A DNA stretch of 64,000 nucleotides, taken from contig OZ249436.1 of NCBI GenBank assembly GCA_965235115.1, positions 57,288,001 through 57,352,000 of the forward strand. Reading direction: 5' to 3'. Positions 37,171 through 50,228 of the stretch are shown piece by piece (within the stretch, counting starts at the first letter, position 1; each line of letters starts with the position of its first letter). Source of the DNA: Laetmonice hystrix. Lineage: Eukaryota. Below the pieces are notes generated by a model. That model had not been told where the DNA came from, did not search any database, and was given only the letters and a program-made list of their open reading frames with translations. A program made the position numbers and the translations under genes.

Positions 37171-38287
37171 GATTAGAAATACGCCCTGCAGGAAATTAAG
37201 TGGATACCAAGGAGTTTTTTTCCAGAATACATTATAAGATTATACTGAAAAGGTGTTTTAGGCTAAAAGTTAAACGTTTTGTGTAATGGCAAGCACCATT
37301 TACTCCATGTGGTTGTGAAGTTAAACCTACTGCAGGCACATTCCCCCGTGCCACAATGCCATCATGCTTATTGCTGACCCAGGCGAATGTACAGTGGCCC
37401 AAATCGTTTAGTACCTCGATTGGAGAATTGAGAGCAGAACCCCTGCATTCAGGTTCTAGGAATGAAGGATTGGAAATTGTAGGAAAGACAATCTCGCCCG
37501 CTGGCAGATTGTATTCAATACTCTGTTGTGCCATATTTGTTAATGATCCCCATGATAACATGTCTTGACAATGGTGCAAGATAACGTAGTCATTACTATT
37601 GTTGACAGATTGACAGAAGTGATATGACCTTTCGTTTGGCACCATTGTCTGTGATATAGCATGACGTAAAAATGATCGATTGAGGTCATCGACAGGTCGT
37701 CATAAGATATAGTTATTATTTTAAGCATGAATAGGAAGTCATGCCCTTTAGTTTCACACCATGACGATGACTTAAGGACGTACTATTCGATCTTTCTGGT
37801 CTTAAAAGGTCATTTGGAGTCGTGCATCATTTCATTGGCTTGTACCTTCAAAGCTTTTACCCCATAACTACTCTTTGTGATGGATAGAATGTAGTTTCAT
37901 TATTTCATTATTTTTACAACCTTGAGTCACCTTCCAATACATAGCGACAACCATATCATGTTCAAGACGGAATAGGTCTGGTTGACGTCTGTAAGCTTCA
38001 CGAACTTGTTTTCTATCATTCTCAGAACACCTTTGTTGCCTTGAAGGTCGCTGCCATGGTTGAAGGATGGATGTTTATCAGGGGGTTAGCAGTGGCATTA
38101 TGAGCTTCATTAGGAGGAGGAGTAGGAGGAAGCATGGTCTCCGGTAGGCAGCGCCGGTCTCATCAATGCCTGCGCCATGACGTATAGGAAGGAATACAAG
38201 ATGTGGCTCTTACATATATGGTGGGCTCCTGCCAAAAGGGAATCCCAGTAGCGTCTGTCTCAAAGTTCACGTATACTTAACAAGATG

Positions 38288-38301
38288 GTTGCCATGGCTA
38301 C
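38288..38301. promoter_or_regulatory. X-box-like motif
   Basis: GTTGCCATGGCTAC. Confidence 0.4.
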
Positions 38302-39928
38302 ATAATAGGATACGCGGTACCGTGTATAACAGTAAATAAGAATATGCTGCAACTGCGTCCGTCGAAAGGAAGACATATTACTAAAAGGCGGCAGAGAAAT
38401 ATAGACGTGTTCAGCCATTCATGTGATGTAAGAGTAAAGCTATTGAGATAACAAGGTTCACGATGTAAATTTGTTACAGTAAAAGAAATTTGGAAAATAA
38501 TGTTTAGAAAAATCCTTCGTAGGCCTGTGTCTGGTGTCTAGAAAAGGTCTGTATTTTATACCGCTAGTTTCATCCTCTTGCAAGTCGCGACATGCCAAAT
38601 AGCTTTCCTCTCCTGTAGAAATTTTTGGAATGTAGTGAAAGTCAATCCGTAATTTGTCATTTTTTACATTACTCGAGTGATACCGGGTAATTATAAGTTC
38701 TTTAAGTCTTCAAGAATTAGGTCAGGTAAACGGACTAACCAAACCTAGTTACTGAGTTACATTAGCGCCACTCTCCTGTTGTATACTATTCTTAGAGTTA
38801 TTCTGGGCTCTGATCGTTAACATTGGTCCTAAGATCCGTGGGTGTGTGCCTATAAGGAACCAGTCGGACGTACGTCATGCCATGGCTGCCGTCCCCGCCG
38901 CGTGTGGTGGGAGGAGCAGCAGCCGCAGCAGGTCTGACGGATCACCCCACTCTGTACAGTGTCGTCACCTGACACCCGGCCGGTTCACTGGTCTCATCTT
39001 CATCTCCCGGCTCTCCATCACGCTCCGTGTCAGCCAACCAGACCGTGGCTTGAGCACAGACACAACTTGTGTTGAGAGCGGGGAAAGTTGACACCCGCAA
39101 TTAATGAGGTGGAAACAATATACATCAAGTGTAGATCACGGTGTTATAAAGGAAAAGGTGGAAGCAATGTTGAAATAAAAGAAAGAAAGTGAAGAAAGAA
39201 AAGGAAAGTGTTTCCAACCGCCTAAATTCGGATATCCCTTTAATACAAACGTCCCATACAAAGTGTTTTAGTATGTATACGGGTAGTCATGTAGAAAAAG
39301 AAAAACAATCTGTTTGAATAGACTTACGGTCTCGAGCAGATTTATAGTGTAGCATAATCTGGTCTGAATACGTACTTAGTTGTGCAATAAACAAACAGCG
39401 GAGGAGCAATACCGTGCTTTATCTGTGAAAAATGGCGTCGGAGGAAAAAGTGGATCTTTATCTTGTCATTTAAATATGTATAAAGTCCGTATTATCCCAC
39501 GTAGAGGTGACGTGCTTGATCGGCATCTTCTTACATACATGTATAACTAATATAATTATATGTATATACACGTCAGTGATAAAGGCTTTACTAAACGGCT
39601 TGTTTTTTGTAACCATGCCGGGAGATCGGAAGTAACCGTTGACGTCAGATGCCCATACTTTGTACCAGACTGCTAAGAATTTAACAACCATACTAAATCT
39701 TTATTCTGATAACTTATACAAACATATCTCTGAAATAGTACCAAGTATTGTCGAGAAACGTATCATGTGTTTATAGTTGAAAATGCATTATTTGATTCTA
39801 TCAATTGACAGTGGAATCAATTAACATGGTACCTATTCTAGTTTTGCAGCATGTAACTTTAAATGTATTTGATCATGAAATCTCGCTGTGTCATCTAACT
39901 TGTGATTGTCAGTTGTAGTAATACGAGG

Positions 39929-39954
39929 TGTTTCTTTGTATGTTTCAGGTATGT
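39929..39954 (+). other. Candidate recursive splice site
   Basis: tgtttctttgtatgtttcag|GTATGT at 39948/39949; no strong downstream donor seen. Confidence 0.3.
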
Positions 39955-40664
39955 ATCACACTGCAGATGGCCTTGCTGTGAATTTGACCACTTCTGTCCT
40001 CGTAGGGAAGTCAGATGAGTGGTTTTGAATCTTTGATCTTGTCTTGAATATCAATCATTATTGATATCTGTTTTATGGCACTGTCTAATCAGTGTGTACA
40101 CACAGATACTTGCTCGCGATAAGCGCATGCCCAGATATTCACGAGAAATAAACTATGGCTTTACTGTTAGAAAGTGAGTACTATTACCCAATGAGGTGCT
40201 ACATAGTCCTCATGTGTGAACCTCATGCAACGTTAAGAGGACATTTTTACGTCTATGGGTGCTCGTCAATTTTTCGAGGTCGTTCTTAGGTTGAGGTGCA
40301 TTTACTCTCCGTCGGACGTAAAGACCATGTGGGTGGTCAATATAGTACAGTACGGTCGAGTGGGGAGTGGAATGCGCAAAGGGGTCGATTGGCCCCGGGG
40401 GGGGGGGACATTTTGATTGCCTTAGTACATCCTGATCCATCCCGAACTGATGAGGATGCTCTTGCAGGCATGATTGCAATCGATAAAACTTATAGGATCA
40501 GACTGTGCCTAGAAGGAAGAGTGATCGGCTGGTTGGCCAGGAAGAGACTCGCATCTGCTACCGTCTCACTATCCTGACTGGTGAATCAAGGAGCAAGTAT
40601 TTGACCCACAACCAAATAACTCTTGTCCGCATGGCCTGGCGCTGTACGGCGTCGTTTGACAAGA

Positions 40665-40791
40665 ATGGTTGTTTGATAGGTTGATATTGAAGGCGCCCAC
40701 GTACTGCCGTAGTCCTGACACCAAGGAGATGGTTGTTTGATAGGTTGATATTGAAGGCGCCCACGTACTGCCGTAGTCCTGACACCAAGGA
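40665..40791. repeat. Tandem duplication, 64-bp period, 2 copies
   Basis: ATGGTTGTTTGATAGGTTGATATTGAAGGCGCCCACGTACTGCCGTAGTCCTGACACCAAGGA at 40665 and 40729. Confidence 0.95.
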
Positions 40792-42266
40792 AGCTGGAGA
40801 GCGATTGTTAGATCGCATGTACCTTGCTGTGTTGACTGCCAGGAGAAGGAGATTGATAAATGAAGAGTAAATTGGGAGAGACTTCTTCTCTGGAAGTCAA
40901 CTCACATCACGCCAATGTTTGACACAAAATGCTATCGTGCACACACTGCAACATACAGTTGGTAAAGAATATTATACTGATGTGATCGTTCTATTTATAA
41001 ACTATAAATCAAGTAGCAGACAATAATAAAAGAAAACGTACAGATTCGTGTATGGAGTAAGTAAGCTACAAAGGAATAGAAGGATAAGCCTACTACAATA
41101 CACGGTTATCAGTGGTTAATGATACCAACGTTCTGTACTGCAGCACCGTCGCAGGTGGGGAGTTATTTTTTACTTCAGTCAGTCGTGTACGCAATACCTC
41201 AAATAAAAAGATCTGAGGAAGTCCTTGTCAGGACATAGCCAAATGGTGGTGTATTTGATATACAATATATACGTGCAGTAGCGCTTTGTTTTATGAAGTC
41301 ATGATTACTGTTCTGGAGAACTGTATTGAAGGTCACAGAGATGTATTTTAATCAGGTCTCTGATGTCATACATACATATAGACCCAGCGCTCGTGTACCA
41401 TATTGAATGGTATCATATGGTGACCCTGAGCGGTATGAGCAGACCCTCACGGTCCATATTGAGTGGTCCTTGGGATTCGAGGCCAGAATACACTGAGGGG
41501 GCGATATTGGTATCGTGACTTATGAACTTGGAATATTTGATTGTATGAAGGTTTGTTTGGTATCCTCAATGGGTCATTCAGATATATTTTAAATTAATTT
41601 TACAGGCCTTGTAATACTGTAAGGAGATGCCCATATAAGGCAGCATAGCTGGTGCTGCCTCGATCAGTCGGCTCAGCTCCCATGCGCGCATATATAGCAG
41701 TATATCGGTCCACCCATCCAACAGGAGGTCTGACCGTTGGCTGGCGGGCCCGTATTGATTGTGGTACCCCAGCCCCTGGCTGGCCAATGTCTTCATATGT
41801 GTGCATTACCTAATGCTTTAGCTATGTTAACCCTAGGTGTTACTATGATGGACACAATAGTCGCTTGGTAGGCATTGTTAGGAACTCTCAGCCGTGCGAA
41901 TTGATTTATGTATGCGACGATTTGACAGTTTGTATTGAAAAGGTATCAAAAAGGTATCCATGGTGACATTTAGGTGAAGCAGGATACATCGATGACCTGA
42001 GGCATCAGATACGTATTAAAATAAATAATTAAAATAGGTTAAAGAGACTCAGACAATCTAGCAGTCTGACGGTTGTGTTTTGCTGTTTTTCCTATATTGC
42101 GGTCAGTCATGTCAGTTTTTGTCAGCCTGGCCTTATCAGGGCACGGTGGCCGTCCACATCATATATTGAAGCACCAAGAGGCTAATGAAGAATACGTACA
42201 GGAAAGGTTGGTAATAGCCTTAAGCTGATGATGTAACGGGTGATTCAGTAGTCATTTCATCTCCTG

Positions 42267-42630
42267 AAAAGTTTAGGTATACTCAGCAGTCATAATGAAG
42301 GATAAGGGGAGAAAAGTTTAGGTAGATCAGCAGTCATAATGAATGATAAGGGGAGAAAAGTTTAGGTATACTCAGCAGTCATAATGAAGGATAAGAGGAG
42401 AAAAGTTTAGGTATACTCAGCAGTCATAATGAAGGATAAGAGGAGAAAAGTTTAGGTATACTCAGAAGTCATAATGAAGGATAAGGGGAGAAAAGTTTAG
42501 GTATACTCAGCAGTCATAATGAAGGATAAGAGGAGAAAAGTTTAGGTATACTCAGCAGTCATAATGAAGGATAAGAGGAGAAAAGTTTAGGTATACTCAG
42601 CAGTCATAATGAAGGATAAGGGGAGAAAAG
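42267..42630. repeat. Minisatellite, about 8 copies of a 45-bp unit
   Basis: GAAAAGTTTAGGTATACTCAGCAGTCATAATGAAGGATAAG(A/G)GGA; the consensus unit has stops in all six frames. Confidence 0.95.
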
Positions 42631-45049
42631 AATGATATAATGACGATATATCAGGTGGACATTAAAATAACTCTCGCACTGTAACGTTAAATTTGTCAAA
42701 ATCCCCATGCCACAATCTTCAATTCGATGTTCTTAATATCTGGGGGAATTTTCAAGTTGCTATCACAAATAGTCCTTAGATGAGACCCAATTTAAAATTG
42801 TGTAGAAGAATGTGACATATGGTTCTTGGAATATATAACGTCAAATTTCGACAAGTTTTTTTTTATGTCCACCCAATATAATGGGAGAGATAGGAAAATT
42901 AAACATCGCTCTGAATTTACGCATTAACTCCTGGTACATACTGGAACAGCAGAACACACTAGGCAGTCGGAGAGATTCCCGCAGACTTATGCCGACAAAT
43001 GATCGTCACCAAGACGGTAGATTGGCCCCGAGTTCCACACGAGTCTCGTTCGATACACAAGATCGACGTTGCGGTCTCTTTTCACCAGGGGGCGCTTTAG
43101 GCAGGCGCCTTCCAAAGCCGCCCAGTCGCTGTGTCCCTGGAGCAGGGAGCGATAACATTAACTATACCAGTTGCCATAGTTACAGGATTACATAGAGAGG
43201 GTCAGGAATTCTATGCGTCCCGGTACAGCAAACTTGGATGTTTATGAACGAAGTTTTCTTTGAACTGTTTTTTTGTTGGTCTGGTTTGTATCTACGATGG
43301 CAGATCTCATCGGTGTGGATATCAGATAGAAGGGACCATTCTTGGTGACTGTGTGGCAGACAGAATTCTAGTAGTGAGAATGCCTCTGTGTAATTGTATG
43401 GTCATCTGGTAGTAAACATTTCGATCGCTTGCCTAGTTATTGTGCTGGAGTCTCCATTCAGTGTCATACACTGCATTCTGTACACAGAAGGCCGGTCAAA
43501 TTAGGTTGCCTTACACCTCCCTCGTCCGCCAATAAAAGGACTGGCTTTTGTCAGTCTCCTTCCTTGTGTAACCTAGACGAGATGGCAGTTGATTGCCAAA
43601 CTAAATGTTTTGGTCTTGTATATTTCAAAGTGATAATTGCCGTAGTTAGTAGCTGTTGATACTAATCAACATAAATGCCACCTTGTGTCTGCCTCTTTCT
43701 GCACCCCCCCGTAGAGGTTCGTAATTCTTATTATAGCCCTGGTACAGAATATTTGGATATCGAGAGACAGCGACAGAGGCAAGCCTCACTGTAATGCGGG
43801 AACACTGTTTGAGGGAACATAGATTTGACCGCCTACCATTTTTTGTGTAACTGACCTTTAATTTTTGAGAATGATTTGGTGGGTTATGTATAATATGGTT
43901 AATGTGCTCGACATATTCATCAAAGAAACGTGTACTCATTCCATGTCTTGCTACAACTGTCCTGCGTGATCAATTAATCTACCGTAAATTTTACTTACTT
44001 GCAGTTTTACTTTTGTTCAATTTTCTGATCTTGATACGAGGAGTTGCCATGGTTGGCAGTTGGTAGCCACCACTAGCTAGTAATTAGTAGTGGTAGAAGT
44101 ACGACATACTAAGTTAGGGTCACTGGTGTTATCGGCAGCTTGGTTCAAATTACCATTGAATTGCTTCAGAACTTCATGTCATATCTTTTAAAGACAAATT
44201 AATAATTTGAACATTTTACATGTCCATCTACGTGTGTGGTTATTTTCGCATTTGTCCTTATGGGCCTCGTTTTTGAGGATGCAGCATTATTGCATGGAAC
44301 AGTGTCATAAGAGTTAACCTCCTACGTCCCATTTACAAATACATACATGAATGTAGGTTGGTAAATACAATAAAATACTGCACAGTCTAAACATGTGGAA
44401 CTGCAGACGGCAGTTTTGTTGGAAGATGGTATATTGATATTACTCGAAAGCCGACATACTAGCCATTATTTTGTTCAAATAGCTATGTAGGATGATTATT
44501 ATATCTGTAGAAATCTTCAAGCATCCGTATAAACATTTTAGCATAACGTATGAATATCTAGATTGTGTCTGGCATGTGTCTGACCTTTGTCCTCCAGACT
44601 GACCTTTCTGAGGCCACATGAATGGTGCTCGCGCAAGTTGGTGAAAAGCGCGCAGGTTTTAGCATCACGCTAAATTTATGTTAAATTATGCCCGCCAGAT
44701 CAATATTTGGTTGCCTCCTGAGTGAGTGCGGTGCAGGCAGGCTGTATGTTGAGCACGACAGAATTCAATATTGGCGGCTGGTATTTGCAGCCTGTGCTAT
44801 TTCTAAAGCAGCAACGGCATTGCCGGAGCTGATGGTGTGCTGGTTTCTTGCAGCACAGGCCATCAGGTCTAGACTATGCCTATGTTACGGACTGTCTACC
44901 GCTTTTTTGCTCCCTCTTGGGTGTAGTATTGGTATAAAAAATAAAGCCAGAACTTTTGATGTAGCAAGTTCTGGTGTATGTAAGGGGACAGAGTATTTGG
45001 TGCGGTGATATAGGATTTTTTTTTTATCAGTTGCTATACTGATTGAATA

Positions 45050-46900
45050 AAATAGTTGGTGGTGTAGTGGTTGTCAATAATTAATAGTATGCTGCTGGGA
45101 TAGACATTGGCCTGCAACCAGTCGTACAGAGGCAGTAGAACTCGGTAAGCCACCCGAGCTGGCCTTCCGTTGGTGCAGACAAAATGGTGCACGCCATGCG
45201 GCCTGCAGCTGCTGCAGTCCTGCTCGATGGCAGCACTGGTGTTGCTGGCACGATGGCGCATGCAGTAAGCTCAGTCCGCATGGACACGGCCTTCATGTGA
45301 ATCTGAATATTTGATAGCCAGAGGACAAACCGGCCGGTCCCCCACACACAGCTCAGCCACCGCCATGGGGCACACTCCACCCTTGCTGGACACACGGGTC
45401 CACGTCAGCGCAGCCTTTTAGGACAATTCCACAAACGAGCTGGAGAGCAAGGACTAATAAAGCTGCCGCCGAGGTCAGGTGATCGAGGCAGAATGCATAT
45501 ATTACTGGTGTCGGCATAATCGCAAGGGATGCAGGGACAGGGTGCTGGCATTCAGGAGGAGAGAATGTAATGGACAGGGGGATTACCTCCGACGAAAACA
45601 CTGGCCGTTTTAAACGTCGGAGTCCGACTTTCGATGTCTTTGACTTCTAAATAGGAGGAGAATAGTGCACCAGAACTGACTGTGGGTCATCAGCGCCCAC
45701 GAGAAGATTATTTCGCTGCCGCAGGAGAGAAGGAGGGAGATTCGCTTATTATAGGTCCTTGGTATTGCAGCAGTATTGCCACCCAACGGTGGGGTACTGG
45801 CACGCTACAAACAGTGTTGTTACATTCTTCGCTACACGCACGTCACATCCCAGAAAGGGACTCGCTAGAATTTGCTTTATCAGGAAAAGGTCCAGTTGGA
45901 CCGAAAAAACTGGGGATTGTCCATCATGGCTACGATTGAAGAAAAAGCCAAAGATCTGCCGGCATCAACGCTGCAGATGCAGAGGCCGGCTGCATTGGCA
46001 ACCGTGTCGCCACATGCATCACCAGCACTCGTAAGTACAAAATGGCTATAGCAACATTGAGTGTCTGTAATTAACCATCACTGTCCATCAATAGCTTTGA
46101 AAGCAGAATCAAAATGTAATTGAGAAAAATTCAACTAAATACATTTAAGCTATCGTCCCCAAAGCGGTGTTTAGATTAAAACTGCTTGAGAATTCTCCCT
46201 GAATTTACTTTATGGTGAGTGAATCCTAGCATCTATTGAATTAGAAGTAAAAATTGCATGGTTACAGTTATAAAATCTGATGGTTTTGTGAGAGGTTACC
46301 GAATGAAGATGGCTGCGTTATAAGGACTGGGGTGTGTGTGTGTGTGTGGGGGGGGGGGGGTAAATGAGTGGCGGTGAGTAACCATTCAGGTGCATGGGCG
46401 CCATCATGTCTGATGTCTGCGCTCCACATACAGGTGTGTTGGGAATGCGGGTTTATTGCCATGGCAACTAAACCCCGTTCTCTGGAGACCTTCATTTTGG
46501 AAGTGATCCTAGAGTACGTCTGATTTAACGTTAGACATTGCATACTGTCACGTTTGTCGTGTCATACCACCGCATAAAAAGCAGGATAGACAACGTCATT
46601 ATGGTAACTACGTGTGGCGCTGAATTTGCCCTTGAGTATTCTTTAACTGAGATATCAAATCCTGAGGTAATTGCTGCCCGGAGGGTCAAAGGACACCTGC
46701 CAGGGGCAGGTCGTATTGTAGAGCATGAGCTAGGTAGGGTAGCTAACTTCCGGGTCGTCACGGTTGATTGCCCGCAGTGTACAGATGTTGGGGTTGGGCA
46801 GCCTGACCCCGCCTATTGCAGCCTCCCACTCCCGACCCGCCGGCTCCCCGAGGAGGGCCTTCCTCCCGCTGTGAATCATCGCCCAACATAATGAGCTGTA
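45050..46900 (-). mobile_element. Decayed L1/Tx1-like ORF2 3' part with an internal non-coding insertion (about 46060-46500)
   Basis: EWEAAIGGVRLPNPN (resembling E.ASG..LN), RCLS, IQIHMKAVSMRTEL and EQDCSSCRPHGVHHF...RVAYRVL (resembling the C-terminal W..H..L.TR and C..C...H.F..C). Confidence 0.4.
46455..46468. promoter_or_regulatory. X-box-like motif
   Basis: ATTGCCATGGCAAC. Confidence 0.4.
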
Positions 46901-47644
46901 CTGCAGTAATTTTATGGTCTCACTGCATGCATCATACGTGGTTCAGCCACCCGGTAAGAATAGCCCAAACACTGGGAATTGAAGACTTGCTACTAGTATC
47001 GTTTCATGCATCTATTGATTTTAGCCATTTCAATCAATGTCCAACTCTTTTCTAGGCAGTTGACTATCTTGTTTAGGTTATCTGTATTTTTATGCAGACT
47101 GGTTCCATCACAAATTTGCCTACAAATGGGAGTTTAAAACCCACGATTTGTTCAGACAGGAGAGTCTAGATCCCTTAATTTATGCAATACAAGTACGTAG
47201 TATGGCCTGGCTGCATGTCTTTTTATGGGAAATGTGGGATCGTAAAGCTGTTTGTTGTAGTGATGAGTCATGTCTATAAGAGCTCTCTGTCTCATTTCTT
47301 ACGTGATAGTGGATGTAATCCGACGTTTATGGCATTGTGTGCTAGTTACACAAATAGAAGAGTTTCAATAAAAGGGGACTGTACCTGAAAACAGCCAGCT
47401 TACAACTGAATATCTAATTAAGGCTGGCGGGAGGAGACTTGAAACAGAATTCTTTTTGAAACAAGAATAAAATTCACGTGTTGTAGTGAGCATTCAGGCA
47501 ATATCTGGGCTCCAAGGGACTGCCGTGGCTAAGTGCAAAATTTGGGACAGTCGGGAAATGATGCAGTGTCAGTGGTTCACAGGCTCCTAACGCCGTCCAG
47601 TCATTTCTCCATCATGGATGACTAATTAGGTCACCGAGGATGTG

Positions 47645-47658
47645 GTCACCATGGCAAC
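47645..47658. promoter_or_regulatory. X-box-like motif
   Basis: GTCACCATGGCAAC. Confidence 0.45.
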
Positions 47659-48550
47659 GTGTACAGAAAGCAGAATGAATGACATTCCAGCCGGCGATAA
47701 CCACAATGACCCGAGGGGCTGGGTGGAGCCGTGGCTTATCTCTAATATAAAGACATTATTGACACAATGGGTAATACCGACAACAATGCGTGGCCAGACG
47801 GCATCATCTACATTTCTCACGCTGCAATGTTTACTAGGAAACACATTGGCCATTGCTTTCGTTTTTCGCGGTGGACAAACTATGAAAGAAAATGTTTTTG
47901 TCCCCATATTGGAGTCTCTAATTCAATATGCTAGGACATTAATTTAGGTGTTTGTGCACCCCACAGCCTTGGAAGGCTATTTCTCATGCCCAGTAATTGT
48001 CTACATATACAAATTAAACATGCGTTAGTATTAATTAACCATTAATACCTCTCGCTGACCCATATGAAGTGTACCAACACAAATTGGTCAAACATGTCGT
48101 CTATAAAAGGCTCCTCATGCCTGGACCCTACGACCAAACCGTTGTATAATTACAGGGTTTGGCCAATATCTAATGAGGCCCCCAGCTTCCAATTGGCCAA
48201 TAATCCCATATTCTAATAAGGCTATCGGGCGAAGACTCGATTCATGTGGACTATGATATAGGTGACCCTATTTGTGCAGACCAAAGGTCAGAACCACATT
48301 GCGGTGTACTTACATACCATAAATGTGTGCCATAAAACCCAGGCCGGCCCTCTAAGTCGTGCAAGGACCATTATGAGAGTACTATTTTCATATAGCAGTG
48401 GAAATGAGAAGATAGGCCAAACAAGCCGAGAATTGCCACCCACACTGCGCCCCAGTTACCTTTATTGCAAACCGTTGGGTCACAGCCCCCCCCCCCCCCG
48501 AACGCCGACTGATTATGCTGCCAAATAATATCAAATATCTCAAAAGTAAT

Positions 48551-48574
48551 TAAATAAATAAATAAATAAATAAA
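48551..48574. repeat. (TAAA)6 microsatellite
   Basis: Direct reading. Confidence 0.9.
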
Positions 48575-50132
48575 TTAAAAAGTAAATAAAATATAGAAAT
48601 CCATGGGAGAAATGATCGATCAAGAAATATTTTCAGTGAAGACCCTTGGGTTGGCGATTATGAAATTGCCTTTATAATTTTATACTTTTAAAAAATTTGA
48701 CAAGTCAATTCATTGTGTGTATTCGTTGTAATATGGTACTAACTAGACGTTTCTTTTGAAAAAAGATACAGTAAAATTTGCTCCAACGCTAAATATTGAC
48801 ACAGTGTAAAGATAATTGCGGTCATTCAGCTTAAAGATTATCATTTTCAGATATAGGGATTGCTATTTACAGCTGAAGCATCGAGGAATGGCGAGATGGT
48901 AATAATATTATGCACGAAATGGGGAAATAGATTGAAAAAATCTAGCGGAAATGTAGTCATTGCAACTTCGTCTGATTTATGTTTTACAAAACAAAGCTTA
49001 ATTCGAGCAAATCTGAAATAGCACTCAAAACTATACATTGTAATTGGCAATGACGATTATCTGACATAGCGTGATAGCGTTGAGAGGTAGATGATACGTA
49101 GTCAGTACTGAGACTGCCTGTGGTCACGAGGACGAAAATTCCCTATTATGTAATGCTTTCATTAATCATAGATCTGTATCATGTGTAATTCAAAGTACCG
49201 TATTACTAAGTGTATAAGGGGAAGTTCAAATCAATACCAGACCTGGGGGGGGGGGGGGTGGAGGATTGCCCGATGGGAACCGGTGCAGTGGTATTGGAAG
49301 TATTTATTGTGGCGAGTAGGTAATGCGTACAAAATGCGATGATCGTGCGCATTGCATTCATACTGCGCAGTAGCGTACTACACACGCAGCATTGTGCGCA
49401 GAACCTTTTATGGTAAAATAAGGAAAAAGATGGATGGCAGTGCTTTTGGATATCGGTAGTATAATTGTTGGATCTTAATGGATTGTATTTGTTTTGTGCC
49501 TTGATGTGATAAGTAGAAGTCGGGGAACTAGAGTCAAGAGTTATGTGAGAAATTATTATGGATAATGGCTTGTAAATCGTTATTCCTGTCAGTCATCCGT
49601 AGGATTATGTAACACTCCCCCCACCCCAGACAAATAATGGGAGAGAGAGAGAGAGAAAAAAAGAAGCACTTCAGAGGCAGCAAGAGTTTCTGTTTTGAAC
49701 CAGACATTAACCAGTAATCAGTGAAATACGTGAACCATTGATGACTGGTAAGTCGGTGTCTACCACCGGCAGATTCCCCAATGTCACCTTGTCTGGGCGT
49801 GACTCAAACTGCCCAGCATACATGTGGCTTTTGGCGGCCGTAAGGAGCCAGGCTGGCATTGGGGGGGGGGGGGGGGGGCGCCATGGATTATTGATATCAT
49901 TGAATATGGCTGAGCAATTCGTGCCTGTGCTCCCGCCGGTGTGTTGTTGGGTGTGGCCGCATCCGTAACTGTCTGGATACCAGACACCCCTGGGAGGGTT
50001 GGTGGGCCGACCCAGCAGGGTTGGGCCTTAGAAGGGGGTGGGGGTGGGGATTGGTGTGTGGGGGTGCCTTGGAAGGGAGGGGGAGGGGGCGCGATTACAT
50101 CGCAGCGCAAGTCAACTTTAGCGTCTTCAGTT

Positions 50133-50228
50133 ACACCATTCCATATTATATTGTAGTCTGTATGGTTACACCGGTCAAGACACCATTCCATATTATATTG
50201 TAGTCTGTATGGTTACACCGGTCAAGAC
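50133..50228. repeat. Tandem duplication, 47-bp period, 2 copies
   Basis: ACACCATTCCATATTATATTGTAGTCTGTATGGTTACACCGGTCAAG at 50133 and 50180. Confidence 0.95.

Noticed and set aside
39430-39520. AAAATGGCGTCGGAGG start (MASEEKVDLYLVI) as a Ginger/gypsy-integrase-like N-terminus
   Set aside because: Stop after 13 codons and only a vague Y..YP resemblance.
41578-41796. DGWTD motif suggesting a hAT transposase
   Set aside because: Single motif with no other hAT motifs or TIRs nearby.
42267-42630. Possible CRISPR array or repeat-protein CDS
   Set aside because: No spacers, and the unit has stop codons in all six frames.
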